The position numbers were made by a program, and so were the translations under genes. From Candidatus Bathyarchaeota archaeon (GTDB taxonomy: Archaea > Thermoproteota > Bathyarchaeia > Bathyarchaeales > DTEX01): DNA of 64,000 nt. The notes beneath the pieces were generated by a model. That model saw only the letters and a program-made list of their open reading frames with translations. It was not told the origin of the DNA and did not search any database. Of the stretch, positions 21,950-33,568 are shown piece after piece. Each line of letters starts with the position of its first letter. Position 1 is the first letter of the stretch. The stretch is taken from NCBI GenBank assembly GCA_963714275.1, contig CAVQNT010000006.1, positions 416,001 through 480,000 of the forward strand, in the 5' to 3' direction.

Positions 21950-22426
21950 CTAACATATTCTAGAATATAATACAATTATGTATAGATGGAAATGAATAAA
22001 TGCGAAACTTAGTGGCGTCATCAACGGTTTCTCCCTTCGATGGCTCTTTGGCTTTGCAGACTTTTTGTACAAAAGCTCAACGGTTTTGCGGTCGACGTAG
22101 CCCTTGTGGGGACGGAAGCCTCCGGAGAAGCCTTTTGGGATGTGAAGAAGCTCATGGATTAACGTTTTTTCTTTTTCCTCCTCAGGCAATGGGTCGTAGT
22201 TTTCGGAGATAACCTCAATAATGTAGGCTGGTGGACGGCGAAGTGCCTCCTGCCATATTCTGCCTAAGCCATGTATTCGTGCAAGAATCCGGCGGGACTG
22301 GGAGCCTTTGCTTCTTACGCAATAGACGAACTGGGGAACCACGTGGAATAACCCTAAGATTTCGGCAATGTTGTCAACCTTTTCTTTGATGTCAGCTGCC
22401 TCAAAATACTCTATCGGCATGGTCAA
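21950..22426 (-). CDS. Putative metallopeptidase; 3' end uncertain
   Basis: ARIHGL, YIIEVISE, LIHELLHIP (HExxH). Confidence 0.8.
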   Translation of the reverse strand: MTMPIEYFEAADIKEKVDNIAEILGLFHVVPQFVYCVRSKGSQSRRILARIHGLGRIWQEALRRPPAYIIEVISENYDPLPEEEKEKTLIHELLHIPKGFSGGFRPHKGYVDRKTVELLYKKSAKPKSHRREKPLMTPLSFAFIHFHLYIIVLYSRIC

Positions 22427-22600
22427 CGCACCTTTTTGTCACATGTTCTACATGCTTTAATCCTTATTCAGCGGACTTTAAAATTCAATAACGCTTTCTC
22501 ATAGAATGAAGCGTCCTTTCTTAATTAGGTTTATAGAAAAAACAAATCAAACGTCAAACGCTGAAAATGGCTTCTAACCTAAAAAATGGCAATTGCTCAG

Positions 22601-22831
22601 TCAGTCTTCCACATTGAAATCTGGCTTCGGTTCGAAAACCCAAGACGACGTGTTTCCTACCTGCTGGAAGCCTCTATCCTGTAAAATTTTTATTACGTGC
22701 TTTTTGGCTATGTGGTTGACGTCGCTTCCGTACCTCACTCGGATTTTGAAGGGTTTTCCGTCTATAGATGAAGTTTTCAGGATTCCGCTTTTTTCGAGGA
22801 CGTCCAAGACGTCAAAGGCGTTAACTGCCAT
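22601..22831 (-). CDS. Small hypothetical protein
   Basis: 76 aa ORF with an upstream GTGAT SD-like site. Confidence 0.45.
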   Translation of the reverse strand: MAVNAFDVLDVLEKSGILKTSSIDGKPFKIRVRYGSDVNHIAKKHVIKILQDRGFQQVGNTSSWVFEPKPDFNVED

Positions 22832-23044
22832 CTTCTATCACTCAGAGCTTAAGCTGCCCAAAAATGCATTTAAGCAATCTGTGAAATCTTGGGGGGAGGG
22901 GTATCTCATCATACCATGTTAACAAAAAACAAGATCAGAACTGAGGAATAAGCGCAGTTTTTTCAATGACTTTGTTGGTTTACATGTAATGGAACGCTTA
23001 ATAGAATGTTACTTCATTAATCTAACTAGCATTCACGTGGAGCC

Positions 23045-24205
23045 GTGCTCGAAATGAAAAAAGAGCAATTGGTGCTGCCTTTCGCAATCGTCATCACAGG
23101 CATTTTTCTTTTCTGGTACTCAAAGCTCGGCGGCGAATCGCTTGTTGCCCCCTTCGAGTACACTCAGCAACTTATTATTTTTGTCCTCGTTGTTGCCAGC
23201 CTTATGATTCTTTACAAGATAGGCGCGTTTTTCCTCAAGTCGCTGATGCTGAAAATGGGGGGAAAAGAAGGCGAGGTTGGCATGATTCAGGGAGTCTACA
23301 AGTTCATCATAATAACGGTCGGAATACTTACACTATTATCAAGTTGGTTTTCGTTAGGAAGCCTCGGAGCCATCTTCGCAGCCTTCGGCGGAATGTTCCT
23401 CGGATGGTCTCTGCAGGGTCCCATCAGCGGTCTCGCAGCGTGGTTTCTGGTTTCAGTAATCAGACCATTCAGCGTCGGAGACAGGGTGCAGCTTCCCTCT
23501 TACAGTCTGGTCGGTGACATCGTCCACATTACACCCTTGTACACGATATTAAATCAGGTGGGAGGAAGCGTAGGAAGCGAGGAGCCTGCGAACAGAACCA
23601 TTTTAATCCCGAACGCCATGCTGTTCAGTGCGCTTGTAATCAATTACACTCCGAAAGATCAAGGCGAACTCATTGAACTGTCAAACAAACGGAAGGCAAT
23701 GGCTGGGTCACCCCAATCCGCCTACATGCTTGATGAGTTCGTGTTGCGGCTGAGCTTCGACTCAGACTGGGATGAAGCAGAAAAAATCCTACTCGACGCA
23801 GCGAAAGAGGTAACGGCGGACGTCATCAAAAAAACGGGTCAGGAACCCTACATACGAGCGGACATGACTGACTGGTATGGCGTCTACATGAGACTTAGGT
23901 TCATGACCATAGCCACAGACAGACCTATAGTAATACACGAAATCTCAAAAAAGGTCTACAAAGCAATACAAGCAAGCAAAAACGTAGACCTCGCCATACC
24001 CTACATCTACTCTTACAAGAAAGGCTTCCAATGGGCGCCCCCATTCTCTATGGATAATGTGGACACGACGAGAAGGATTGCACCAAACAACACGATGCTG
24101 ATTTGTTCAAACTGCGGAACAGAAAACGCAGGCAACTCAGCATACTGCAACAAATGCGGCAACAAATTATCGTCAGAAGCAGTTAGCTCACTAATTCGTG
24201 GCTGA
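23045..24205 (+). CDS. mscS: MscS mechanosensitive channel with a C-terminal zinc ribbon
   Basis: TM helices, RPFSVGDRV, IPN; C-terminal CSNCG...YCNKCG. Confidence 0.85.
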   Translation: MLEMKKEQLVLPFAIVITGIFLFWYSKLGGESLVAPFEYTQQLIIFVLVVASLMILYKIGAFFLKSLMLKMGGKEGEVGMIQGVYKFIIITVGILTLLSSWFSLGSLGAIFAAFGGMFLGWSLQGPISGLAAWFLVSVIRPFSVGDRVQLPSYSLVGDIVHITPLYTILNQVGGSVGSEEPANRTILIPNAMLFSALVINYTPKDQGELIELSNKRKAMAGSPQSAYMLDEFVLRLSFDSDWDEAEKILLDAAKEVTADVIKKTGQEPYIRADMTDWYGVYMRLRFMTIATDRPIVIHEISKKVYKAIQASKNVDLAIPYIYSYKKGFQWAPPFSMDNVDTTRRIAPNNTMLICSNCGTENAGNSAYCNKCGNKLSSEAVSSLIRG

Positions 24206-24295
24206 TTCTTGCCAACTTTTTTGTTCTCGCTATGAATGATCGCAGAAAACTATGTTTATAAGCCAAAACCAGTATTTTTGGAGAAGCGATGAGCA

Positions 24296-27200
24296 ATGTT
24301 CAAAGAGGTCTCTCCGACTGTAAATTTTCCTGAACTTGAACGCCAAATCCTGAAATTCTGGGCTGAAACGAATGCTTTCAAGAAACGCGTCGAACTGAAC
24401 AATGGCAAACCACGTTGGTCTTTCATGGACGGTCCGATTACGGCTAACAATCCTATGGGCGTGCATCACGCTTGGGGACGCACCTACAAGGACCTTTTCC
24501 AACGTTTCAAGGCGATGCAGGGGCACGAACTCCGCTACCAGAACGGGTTCGACTGCCAAGGACTCTGGATAGAGGTTGAGGTGGAGAAGGCGCTGGGCTT
24601 CAAATCCAAACGTGACATCGAAACCTACGGAGTCGCCAAGTTCATCAAAGACTGCAAACAACGGGCACTCCGCTTTGCTGCGAGACAGGTTGAACAATCA
24701 ATTCGTCTGGGATATTGGATGCAGTGGGACAATCCAGAAACGCTTCGGTTTCTTGCAGACAGTCTCGAGAATCCAGAGCAAGCAGTTGTGATTAATGGCA
24801 TAAATGGGACTGTCAGTGATTCAGCGGAAAGGCTGGTTGGGAGACTCGGAACTCCGGACATTGGAGGTTCCTATTTTACTTTTTCGGACGAGAACAACTA
24901 TACGATCTGGGCTGCGCTGAAAAAATGCTTCGAGAACGGCTGGGTCTACAAGGGAAGAGACGTCATGCCGTGGTGTCCCAGATGCTCCACAGCCCTTTCT
25001 CAACACGAGATCGTGACTGAAGGATACCGGGAGATGACCCATCCGGGCGTCACGCTGAAGTTTCCGTTGAAAGGTAAACCTAAAGAATCATTGTTGGTTT
25101 GGACGACAACTCCGTGGACCCTCACGTCGAACGTCGCTGCGGCTGTGCATCCAAACCTCACGTACGTCAAGGTTAAACACGGAGACGAATTTTTCTTTCT
25201 GGGCAAATTTGCGCTTGAAAGAAGCCTTCCGAAAGAAAAATATGAGGTTGTAAAAGAATTCGGAGGCAGCGAAATGGAAGGCTGGTCCTACGACGGACCT
25301 TATGATGATCTTCCAGCCCAAAAGGATTCGAGAGCTGTTGAATCCCACATAGTCATACTTTGGACCGAGGTCACGGAGGAGGAAGGCACAGGCATCGTTC
25401 ACATCGCCCCGGGCTGCGGAAAAGAAGACTTGGAGCTCAGCAAAATCTACGGTTTGCCTGCGTTGGCTCCACTCGACGAGTTCGGCGTCTTCATAAAAGG
25501 CTATCGGGATGTTCACGGGCGTCCACGTTTACGATTCAGCACCAAAAGTCATCGAAGACCTGAGAAAAAGGGGAATCCTCTTCAAATCCGAGAAATACAC
25601 TCACCGTTACCCCGTTTGCTGGCGGTGCCGCAGCGAACTCGTTTTCAGGCTTGTCGACGAATGGTTCATCATCATGGGCGAGAAGCTGGACAAGCCGATT
25701 GAAGAAATAACTGAAGAAGAAAAGGCAAGAAACCTGCGTTACCAGATAATCGACGTTACTAAAAAGGTGAGGTGGATACCCGAGTTCGGACTCCAACAGG
25801 AGCTGAGATTGGCTGCACAACATGGAAGACTGGATGATCTCCAAAAAAAGGTTCTGGGGACTAGCCCTTCCGATCTGGGTGTGCCAAGAATGCGGCAGCT
25901 TCGAAGTCATAGGCAGCAAACAGGAGCTCAAGTCCCGAGCAGTCGAAGGGTGGGACATTTTCGAAGGGCACACTCCGCACCGACCCTGGATCGACACTGT
26001 CAAAATAAGATGCCCAAAGTGCGGAGGACTCGCACAACGCATTCAGGACGTTGGAAACCCGTGGCTGGACGCAGGCATAGTCTCGTATTCCACGCTCAAT
26101 TATCGGCACAACCGCGAATACTGGGAGAAATGGTTCCCAGCTGAGCTTAATCACCGAATGTTTGCCTGGGCAGTTCCGAAACTGGTTCTACGCGATGTTA
26201 GCGATGAGCACAATAATGGAAAGGCGCAGCCCGTTCGAGGTCTGCTTCGGGCACGGCACGGTTCTCGCTGAAGACGGGCGTGAGATGCACAAGTCTTGGG
26301 GGAACGCCATAGAGTTCGATGAAGCAGCAGAGAATATGGGAGCAGACGTCATGCGTTGGATGTACTGCACAAAAAAGCCTGAAACCGACCTGCTTTTCGG
26401 ATACGCAAAAGCCGAAGAAATTAAACGTCAGTTCCTGATTCCGTTGTGGAACATTTACAGCTTCTTCATGACTTATGCCAGTTTGGATAAATGGGCACCA
26501 GAAAACACTGTTGGACACGGTTCGCTTACGCTTATGGACCGTTGGGTACTATCCAAGCTAAACAAGCTACTTGTGAACGTAACAGCATGCTTGGAGGATT
26601 TCAACCCGTACGACGCTTCGCTTGCCATTGAAAAGTTTGTTGAAGAACTGTCCACGTGGTACGTAAGGCGTTCAAGACGAAGGTTCTGGAAAAGCGAAAA
26701 AGATGAAGACAAAAACGCAGCTTACACCACGCTGTATACTTGTTTGACCACGCTTACTAAGCTCTTGGCTCCATTCATCCCGTTCGTCTCCGAGGAAATG
26801 TACCAGAATTTGGTTCGCAGCGTGGACAAGTCTGCTCCCGAAAGCGTGCACCACAATGACTGGCCTGTGGCTGACGAAAAAGCGGTCGACAGCGAACTTA
26901 TGATAGATATGGACCTAATCATCAAAGTTTGTAGCCTCGGTCGCTCGGCACGTAATAAATCTGGAATTAAGCTCAGGCAACCTCTTTCAACCGCTAAGGT
27001 TTTTGCTGACAAGGTTTCGCTGAAACGGATCAGAAAGTTTGAAGACGTAATCGTGAACGAACTTAACGTAAAAAAGATTTTTTTTGCGACACAGAAAGAC
27101 GAAATCGTGGAATATACGGTGAAGCTTCTGCCTCAAGCCTTAGGCAAAAAGTACGGTAAGCTCTATCCCAAAATAAGAGAAGCAATAACCAAGCTTGATG

Positions 27201-27646
27201 CAAAAACGATAGCACATGCCCTAAGTAAAGGAAAAAGCGTTCGCCTAAAAGTCGAAGGAAAAACCATAGAGATACTGCCAGATGAAGCCGAGGTGACCAC
27301 GGGACCTAAACAGGGATACTCCTTGTCCGAAGAAGAAGGCTTGTCGGTTGCTGTAGACGTTATGATGCAGACGGACCTCAAGGAGGAAGGACTGGCTCGA
27401 GACATTGTCCGCCGAATACAGAACCAACGGAAGGAGGCAGGCTTCAACATTGCTGACCTGATCGAAACCTACTATATGGCAGGACCAAATCTTTCAAAAG
27501 TGTTCGAAGACTTTAGAGAATACATAGCTGCAGAAACATTGACTGCGACCTTGCATGAAGGCAATCCTCCCAAAGAAACACATAAAGCAACATACAAGAT
27601 CGAGGGCGAATCACTGACAATAGGGCTTAAACAAGTAAAAAAGTAG
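24296..27646 (+). CDS. ileS: Isoleucyl-tRNA synthetase, type 2 (three frameshifts)
   Basis: [43 protein letters not shown]. Confidence 0.95.
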
Positions 27647-27764
27647 CATAACGATGTTTGTTAGCTGTGAATGAGAGAATTCTTTCAATGTGATTTAGGT
27701 TTTCGTAATATTTGTGACGTATATTTGGCGATGTTCGTAAAGATTAAGTGTTAACGCTTATAGA

Positions 27765-28677
27765 TTGGGTTTCGTGAGGGAGATGCCTGGACAAATCGGA
27801 TTTACCCTTCTGAAAGACGAGAAAGTCGAACTGGTTTCCAGACCGCATCCGCTCGCATTCATGAAATATCACTTGTTCAACATTTACCTTATTGCAGTCG
27901 CCTTTCTTCTGGGATGGTTATACACTTACTTGCAGTCCGATCAGCAGCTTTTGGCTTCACTTCAGCTTCATAGAAACGTTCTTCACGAACGTCGGAGTTC
28001 AAACCGCTGATGCTGTAATCCTAATTCTTTTTTGGTTAATCCTCATTCTCAGTGGCTATGTGGTGGGGGTGCTGTGGATCACCAAGAAGCCTTTAGTCTA
28101 CATGCTGCTGGTGGGAGTATCCGGTACAATCTTGGAGCTATATTTTCTGGCGTCTTACGATGTTGTTTTAGGCGTGGTTCAAAAGTCCATGGTCAGACTC
28201 GTATTGTTAAGTGTCGCTGCGGGCTTGGCGGCGGTTCTTATCGAAATCTATCGAAGAGGGCATACTTACACTGTCACGAACTACCGCGTAATCACAAAAA
28301 AAGATTTCATACGCAAAGAAGAAAGGGAGATAACGTACGATAAGATTACAGACATTTACGTGAACCAAGGGATTCTAGGAAGAATCTTCAATTTTGGAAC
28401 CATAATCCTCGTATCAGCCTCCGGTTTAGGTCTCGGCGTAGATTCAGCTCAAGCATTCGCGGCTACCTCAGTCCCAGTGAAAGGGATAAAGGTTATTGGT
28501 GGATTTTCGGGAGCAAAGGGCATCCAGATGCCTAGGGCTGCCACGTATTTTTCGCTTTACGGGATACCAGACCCTAAGAAGGCGCGTGTAATCATTGGTA
28601 ACAGGCAACTGGAAGAAAAGGAGTCCCCGATTCTGAGAAGAATCGAAAGCCTACTCAAAGAAAAAAACGAAAAATGA
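27765..28677 (+). CDS. Membrane protein with a bacterial PH (bPH_2) domain (frameshifted)
   Basis: YTVTNYRVI, YDKITDI, QGILGRIFNFGTI. Confidence 0.75.
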
Positions 28678-28777
28678 ATAAAGGTTCCATGATTTTTACA
28701 TCTTTACATCTAGCTGACTAGGTAAAAATTTTAAGAGCCATTTTTTCATATTTCTACAAAGAAAGATTGTGATATTC

Positions 28778-28819
28778 ATGTCCTGCTGTGGCGGAAAGAA
28801 GAAAGAAAAAAAGAAGTAA
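28778..28819 (+). CDS. Putative 13-aa micropeptide MSCCGGKKKEKKK
   Basis: ATG...TAA ORF in an intergenic gap, with GTGAT upstream and a T-tract downstream. Confidence 0.4.
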   Translation: MSCCGGKKKEKKK

Positions 28820-28874
28820 GGAGCTAGCTCACTAAACAGTTAACCTAAACTAATCTTCCTTCTCCCATTTTTTG

Positions 28875-29339
28875 TTACACTGAAATTTTGGCTGCAACCG
28901 AGTCGTTGAGATTCATCACGTCTTTTGTTCTCAGCTCAACAAGCCTGTCCCTAGACCCGCCGCCGCAGTAAATGGTCTCAAACTTCAGCAAATCTTCGTC
29001 AATCACCGACCGCATTCTGTTCTTGTGCCCGATTGAAGGGGTTCCGCCAGGCGGATATCCGCTTATCTCCTCAGCTTTGTTGAACGGCACCAAGCGGACA
29101 TTGCTGACTTTCAGTGCCTTGGCGGCTGCTTTAAGGTCCACCTTCATGTCGCCAGAAATGATGAGAAGCACATGTTCACCTTGGTCTGTTTCCGAAACCA
29201 GATTCTTGGTGAGCCTGTGAAGATCGACCCCTGTGGCTTTCGCTGCGTCCGCCGTGTGAACTGTTTCTTGTTTGAGAATGAAGTTGTGCCAGATGTTGTT
29301 TTGTATTAAGTATTTTTCGAGATCAATGTTGCTGTTCAT
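28875..29339 (-). CDS. YbaK/EbsC aminoacyl-tRNA deacylase family
   Basis: TAADAA, KNLV, SGYPPGGTPSIG, GGGS. Confidence 0.88.
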   Translation of the reverse strand: MNSNIDLEKYLIQNNIWHNFILKQETVHTADAAKATGVDLHRLTKNLVSETDQGEHVLLIISGDMKVDLKAAAKALKVSNVRLVPFNKAEEISGYPPGGTPSIGHKNRMRSVIDEDLLKFETIYCGGGSRDRLVELRTKDVMNLNDSVAAKISV

Positions 29340-29360
29340 TAGGGTTCACGCTTTTTAGGC

Positions 29361-30186
29361 TTATATTAGAATTTTTTCTCCCTTATAATCACGTTTAAGC
29401 TTGCCCAGTTCATTCTCGACCTCTTTCAGCTGAGTTTGGTCGAAAACTGGTCCATCCTTGCATACTCGGTACTTTCCTATGACGCAGCTTCCGCATATTC
29501 CTATCGCGCAGAACATGAAGCGTTCGAGGCTCGCTTGCAGGGGAGCGTTGTATTTTTCTGTGAGCCTGTAAACCTTGTACGTCATGGCTTCATTTCCGCA
29601 AGTGTAAACAGCATCAACTTGTCCTGTTGAAAGGATTTTTTCAGCAGCGTCCGTTGCGAGTCCCTTCGTGCCATAGCTCGCCATCGTCTGTTGTGAAAAC
29701 GACCTTAAGGTTGGCTTGCTCCCGCATTTTTGTTAGCTGTTTCACGAAAAGAAGGTCGCTTCGGGTTTTGGCGCCCTCAACAACCGTGGTTTTTACTTTC
29801 TGTTTTAGAAGATTCGAAGTCAACAACATCAACGGTACGGTCCCGATGCCGCCACCGACCACCAAGGCAGTTTTACCAGCGATTTTGTAGTGGGTGCCGA
29901 AGGGTCCGCGAACTCCGACGACTTCGCCTTGCTTCATCCTGTTAAGAGCCTTGGTGCCTTCTCCGACCTCCTTCACGGTTACGGAGACCAAATTGTTGTT
30001 GACCGACGAAAGACTCAGGGGAATCTCGTCGACGCCGGGTATCCAAAGCATGATGAACTGTCCGGGTTCAGCGGACGAACAAATTTTATCTTCGAAGTAG
30101 AATGACTTGGCATGTTCGGTTTCGGACTTGACTTTCCGAATTTTTGTTGTTCTTATCTCTTTATCGTCTGTGTGCCATCCCGACAA
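29361..30186 (-). CDS. pyrK: Dihydroorotate dehydrogenase electron transfer subunit (frameshifted)
   Basis: PGQF, RGPFG, GGGIG, CAIGICGSC, VCKDGPVF. Confidence 0.92.
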
Positions 30187-31074
30187 TCTCTTTCACGCTC
30201 TTAAAGCCCTTTTCCTTGAGATATCCTGCTATGCCAGTTGTTACAGACTTGAAGACAGCAAGGTCTTCGTAGGCGACCGCTGACCCAATCTGGACCGCTG
30301 AAGCCCCAGCGAACAGAAATTCCACAGCGTCTCGCCATGTTCTGATGCCTCCGCAGCCGATTACGGGCACATCCACGGCTTCAAAGATTTCGTAGACGCA
30401 CCTAACTGCGACTGGCTTTAAGGCTCCCCCGGAAAGCCCGCCCGTTTTGTTGCTTAATATTGGTCGTGCCGTTTCGACGTCTATCGCCATAGCCTTGATC
30501 GTGTTGATTGCCGTCACAGCGTCGACCCCAGCTGAAACTGCAACCTTGGCCAGTTCAGTTATGTCAGCGACGCTCGAAGTTAATTTGGCGAACACAGGAA
30601 CTTCAACATTTGCCTTTACCTCTTTCACGACTTCCCCGATTTTTTTTGGGTCTTGCCCAATCTCCGCCCCGACTCCCTTCGCGTGAGGGCAGGAAAGGTT
30701 CAACTCTATCGCGTCAGCTCCGGAATCAGCTGCGAATCTTAGCAACCTTACCGCATTCTTCGGCTGAATAACCGTAGACGCTGACAATCAGCGGAACCTC
30801 CAAGTCTCCGAGTTCCCTGATTTCTTCAGAAAACTTTTTTATTCCAGGGTTCGGCAGACCCAAAGCGTTGAGAAGCCCGCATTCGACCTGAATGACCGTT
30901 GGGTTCACGTAGCCTTCGCGGGGTTTAAGCCCAACCGATTTTGTGGTAACTGCGCCAGCTCCTGAGCGGGCAACTTCTCTTAGACTTTCAGCTGAGATTC
31001 CAAGTATTCCCGATGCTAGAATCGTTGGGTTACGCAGGTGAAGCCCAGCTCACCTCAACCTTAAGCCTATCCAC
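30161..31074 (-). CDS. pyrD: Dihydroorotate dehydrogenase catalytic subunit (frameshifted)
   Basis: NPTILASG, NALGLPNPG, ELNLSCPH, GGLSG, GASAVQIG. Confidence 0.93.
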
Positions 31075-31394
31075 GTCAAGCATGACTATTCATAAAGCCT
31101 TCATCAATTAAGATATATTAAACTTTAAGTTTTCTCTTTTGCACTTCTAGTGTTCGCGCACGCAACGAATTTGGCAGCGCAAGGAGAATTTAGGAGGATT
31201 TTTTCAAAAATATTTTTTGGTGTACATGCCTTAAATACTCCGATGGTTTCGAGCAATATTTATGCACCGAAATTGTGAAGCTTAGTTTTTTCGAGTCCTT
31301 TTTTTTCCTCAGCATCAGGATTTCACAAGAATGTCAATTTTGATGGTGTAACTAATTGTATTAAAGGATCATATATGCGGATAATGCTATTCGT

Positions 31395-31673
31395 GTGTTC
31401 CTCCCTATTAGCAAAGATGATATTTCTCGTCTAACAGTAAACCGTTCCACACCTAATCAAGGAGGAAGAGGAATTTTGGAAATAAGAGAACATGAGATAT
31501 ATCGGTACTTACTGGGGAACGGTGAGAAAATGAGAATAGCAGATGCATGCAAAGCCCTAGGAAAGGATGAAGAAACAAGAAAAACCGTAAAAGAGAGGCT
31601 AGCGATGATGGCTAGGTTTGGCATACTAGACATCAATGGAGATTATGTTTCAATCAAAATGAAGAGGAAATAG
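31395..31673 (+). CDS. Small winged-helix-like protein
   Basis: IYRYL..IADACKALG..VKERLAMMARFGILDI pattern. Confidence 0.5.
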   Translation: MFLPISKDDISRLTVNRSTPNQGGRGILEIREHEIYRYLLGNGEKMRIADACKALGKDEETRKTVKERLAMMARFGILDINGDYVSIKMKRK

Positions 31674-32003
31674 CAATATGAGGAATAGATGAAAGATTAT
31701 TTTCCCTCTTTTTTCGCTATCAATATCGCAAGATAACTCAAACTAGGACCATTTAGTCCCAAACCCCATTTTTTTAATTTGCCCGCTTTTGTTACATAGT
31801 CCTCCAACGATAAAAAGCAAGTAATCGATCAATCGGGTGGATATCCAGAATAAAGCATAGATTCCTAAGAGTGATTCTAAGCAAGAATAATTCCAGAGTG
31901 ATACAGAAATTAAAGCAAAGGGGAATTTTTTGTGTGTACCTATAATTTTAAAATGAAAGTACTGTAATTCCAAAGTCATTAGCCTTAACCGCTCCAACTT
32001 TAG

Positions 32004-32204
32004 AACGTTATCTATCCAAAAGCAGAAATGGGACATAGACGATTAATAATAACCTTGATTTATTCTCAACTCGTTGACAACGGGTAAGGCGAGTTAACAG
32101 TTAAGACGGCACGCACAGTTGAAAAGGCCTACAGCATGGTTGAAGCTGGATTCGAATTTGTTACCGAGATGGAAGGCGTGAAAATATTCAGAAAAAGAAA
32201 ATAA
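32004..32204 (+). pseudogene. C-terminal remnant of a tyrosine recombinase/integrase
   Basis: Translates as MGHRRLIITLIYSQLVDNG*GELTVKTARTVEKAYSMVEAGFEFVTEMEGVKIFRKRK*; GH...T..Y catalytic box, TACK-type EAGFE...FRKRK tail and an internal stop. Confidence 0.8.
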
Positions 32205-32330
32205 GCAGATAATTAGAGAGTCTTATGGGAGACTTGGAAATGATTAATGTAAGACTAACTTATCCTCCACAAGATTTGGCTTCTTTATTTTCTGAATCCG
32301 AGAGAAAATTCTATTTAAATTATTCAGAAT

Positions 32331-32868
32331 TTGTTTCATCTGAGCGTATCTGAAACTGATGTTCAAGATTTTTTGCATTTTGTTATCGAAAAGGAAGAGA
32401 TTTCACTATCTGAAGTAGAGGACATTAGAGTTATGCGATTTCCCTTTGAAGATTCTGAGGCAAAAAGAGAGCATGCTAACCGCCCGCCACGCTTCGAGGG
32501 GGTAGTTTATTTTAGTCAATATATACCATCGATAAAAAGAATCGACATATATCCGCCCAGATTTAACTCAGAACATATTAGGAACATGGCAGCGAAACAG
32601 ATCTGGAATGACGAAGAAATGCGTTATTATCTCTTTTGTTACGAACCAGTTAAGACACTTTTGCATGAGACTTCTCCACATAAAACGTAGAGAGAATGAG
32701 GGCGCTATCAAGAAATTGTCCCAAAAATATATGATCTACTTTGAAATAAAGACCAAGGGCAAAGTCAAATATTCTAATATGGCATCATTTCTACTTCCTC
32801 ACAGAAAAGGATGGGATCAAGATTTTCAGAAAAATAAACGACGTGCACAGTCTAGTGGATGTTACTAA
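32331..32868 (+). CDS. Hypothetical protein with a possible HExxH zincin motif across a frameshift
   Basis: KTLLHE then LLHIK in adjacent frames. Confidence 0.4.
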
Positions 32869-33136
32869 TTCACAATGTATTGCTGATGAGTTTATCGTGC
32901 TATGCATTAGGATTATCTCTAATACTTAGACACTTAAACACTTAAATCAATACCCTTATAAGCAGGCAAGCACACAATATACTATGTGAATAAGCAAATT
33001 GAAGGTGTATGGAAAATGATGACAAAACAACAACAAACGAAAGCAGCGCTTGATGGCATGTGGCAGTTTGCTTATTGGAAAAGCATATAGCATGCGCGAA
33101 TCGTGCATAAAAAACTAACATTGGTTGGTAATTAAA

Positions 33137-33280
33137 ATGGGTCGAATTAGCGTGGATCTGCCAGATGAACTGGAAAAGAAGCTCAGGTTCAAGACCATCG
33201 AGATATTTGGCGGGAAAAAAGGCGACTTATCTAGAGCCGTTGAAGAAGCCATAAAAACATGGGTCGCTAAAGAAAAATAA
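33137..33280 (+). CDS. Small ribbon-helix-helix (CopG-like) protein, 47 aa
   Basis: MGRISVDLPDELEKKLR...KKGDLSRAVEEAIKTWV; too short for the ORF track. Confidence 0.8.
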   Translation: MGRISVDLPDELEKKLRFKTIEIFGGKKGDLSRAVEEAIKTWVAKEK

Positions 33281-33568
33281 ATGCGTGAACTTAATCATCC
33301 TTCCCCCGCCCTTTTTAGTGCAGCTTATTAAACTTTTTATCAACAACAGATACAACCATTCAACCTTGAGTGTCGGGACTTTCTGTGCAAGAGTAAAAGC
33401 TAAGGATTCCACAGCTATTATCAGTCGTCCCAGCATGCCTAAAGACAGACAACCTGCAAATCATCAATCACTTTCTTCGTACACGCTAATGCAATCTTCT
33501 ATTAGGACTTATTACTTTTCCCTAGTGTGAATATCCAGACTGGTGAACGTAACACGGAGTATGAATAA

